Assembly: GCF_025021925.1 (NCBI RefSeq)
Contig: NZ_CP092368.1
Span: 510,001-542,000 of the forward strand
DNA: 32,000 nucleotides
From: Candidatus Saccharimonadota bacterium
Lineage (GTDB): Bacteria; Pseudomonadota; Alphaproteobacteria; Rickettsiales; Anaplasmataceae
Direction: 5' to 3'
The translations under genes and the position numbers were made by a program. Shown one piece after another: positions 31,692 to 32,000 of this stretch. The notes below the pieces were generated by a model, which saw only the letters and a program-made list of their open reading frames with translations, ran no database searches and was not told the DNA's origin. The number at the start of each line of letters is the position of its first letter. The stretch's first letter is position 1.

Positions 31692-32000
31692 TTATACTCT
31701 TCTTTTTTTTCTTAGTCTGCAACCATTATGAGGAATTGCTGTTTGATCTGCAATTGAAGTAACAGTTAATCCATAACTCTGCAGTGCTTTTACTGCAGCT
31801 TCTGCACCAAAACCAGGACCACGTATGATAACACTAACAACTTTTATACCAAACTTGTCTACTGCAATTTTTGCAGCATGTTCAGAAGTCTTGCCTGCAG
31901 CATAGGGAGTAGATTTTCTAGATCCTGAAAATCCATGCTCACCAACAGAAGTTTGATATAGAGTATTTCCATAAACGTCAGTTACATTGATAAATGTATT
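31692..32000 (-). CDS. rpsK: 30S ribosomal protein S11, C-terminal part (5' end lies outside the window)
   Basis: Not in the ORF track because no start lies in the window. The reverse-strand frame is open from 32000 to the TAA at 31692-31694. It reads ...[78 protein letters not shown], which is the S11 C-terminus. AGGAAA Shine-Dalgarno for rpoA follows. Confidence 0.9.
   Translation of the reverse strand, partial: NTFINVTDVYGNTLYQTSVGEHGFSGSRKSTPYAAGKTSEHAAKIAVDKFGIKVVSVIIRGPGFGAEAAVKALQSYGLTVTSIADQTAIPHNGCRLRKKRRV

Overview
This window is a very AT-rich, gene-dense housekeeping stretch from a reduced alphaproteobacterial endosymbiont genome. G+C is under about a third in the lines I sampled by eye; I did not compute it. 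The 16S rRNA gene (8427-9923) reads as Rickettsiales/Anaplasmataceae. From my memory of signature strings and the W-Spec primer sites it is closest to Wolbachia-type 16S, but clearly diverged. I support 34 protein-coding genes, two of them cut by the window edges (purB at the left, rpsK at the right), plus one solitary 16S rRNA gene and two tRNAs (CAU and Asn-GUU). The CDSs cover several functional groups. Translation, transcription and RNA genes are rpmG, rpmI, rplT, rpmE, rplQ, rpsK, rpoA, greA, rne, rnhA, rlmB and fmt. Respiration genes are sdhCD, the coxB-coxA-ctaB cluster, ctaG and atpHA. Central metabolism genes are gap, gpmI, pdhB, purB, purH, fabD, fabG, ribB and nadK. Chaperone, export and remaining housekeeping genes are dnaK, yajC, tatC, bolA and a BI-1/YccA-family gene. 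Several ORF-track starts are over-extended, and I moved them to conserved N-termini (dnaK, purH, pdhB, gap, rnhA, coxB, fabG, ribB, greA). I found no mobile elements, CRISPR, prophage, defence, toxin or effector genes. I could not find a convincing novel multi-gene system, so this looks like an ordinary core region. The observations most worth a second look are small-scale. A 25-bp leader/trailer helix encloses the unlinked 16S, and sdhCD starts 28 nt after its 3' arm. A perfect 29-bp x3 tandem repeat is seeded from the 3' end of rlmB. The purB stop codon shares its last base with tRNA position 1. An alphaproteobacterial RpoH-like promoter lies upstream of dnaK. L33 carries an 11-residue loop insertion. 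Two unusually long ORF-free spacers are present.
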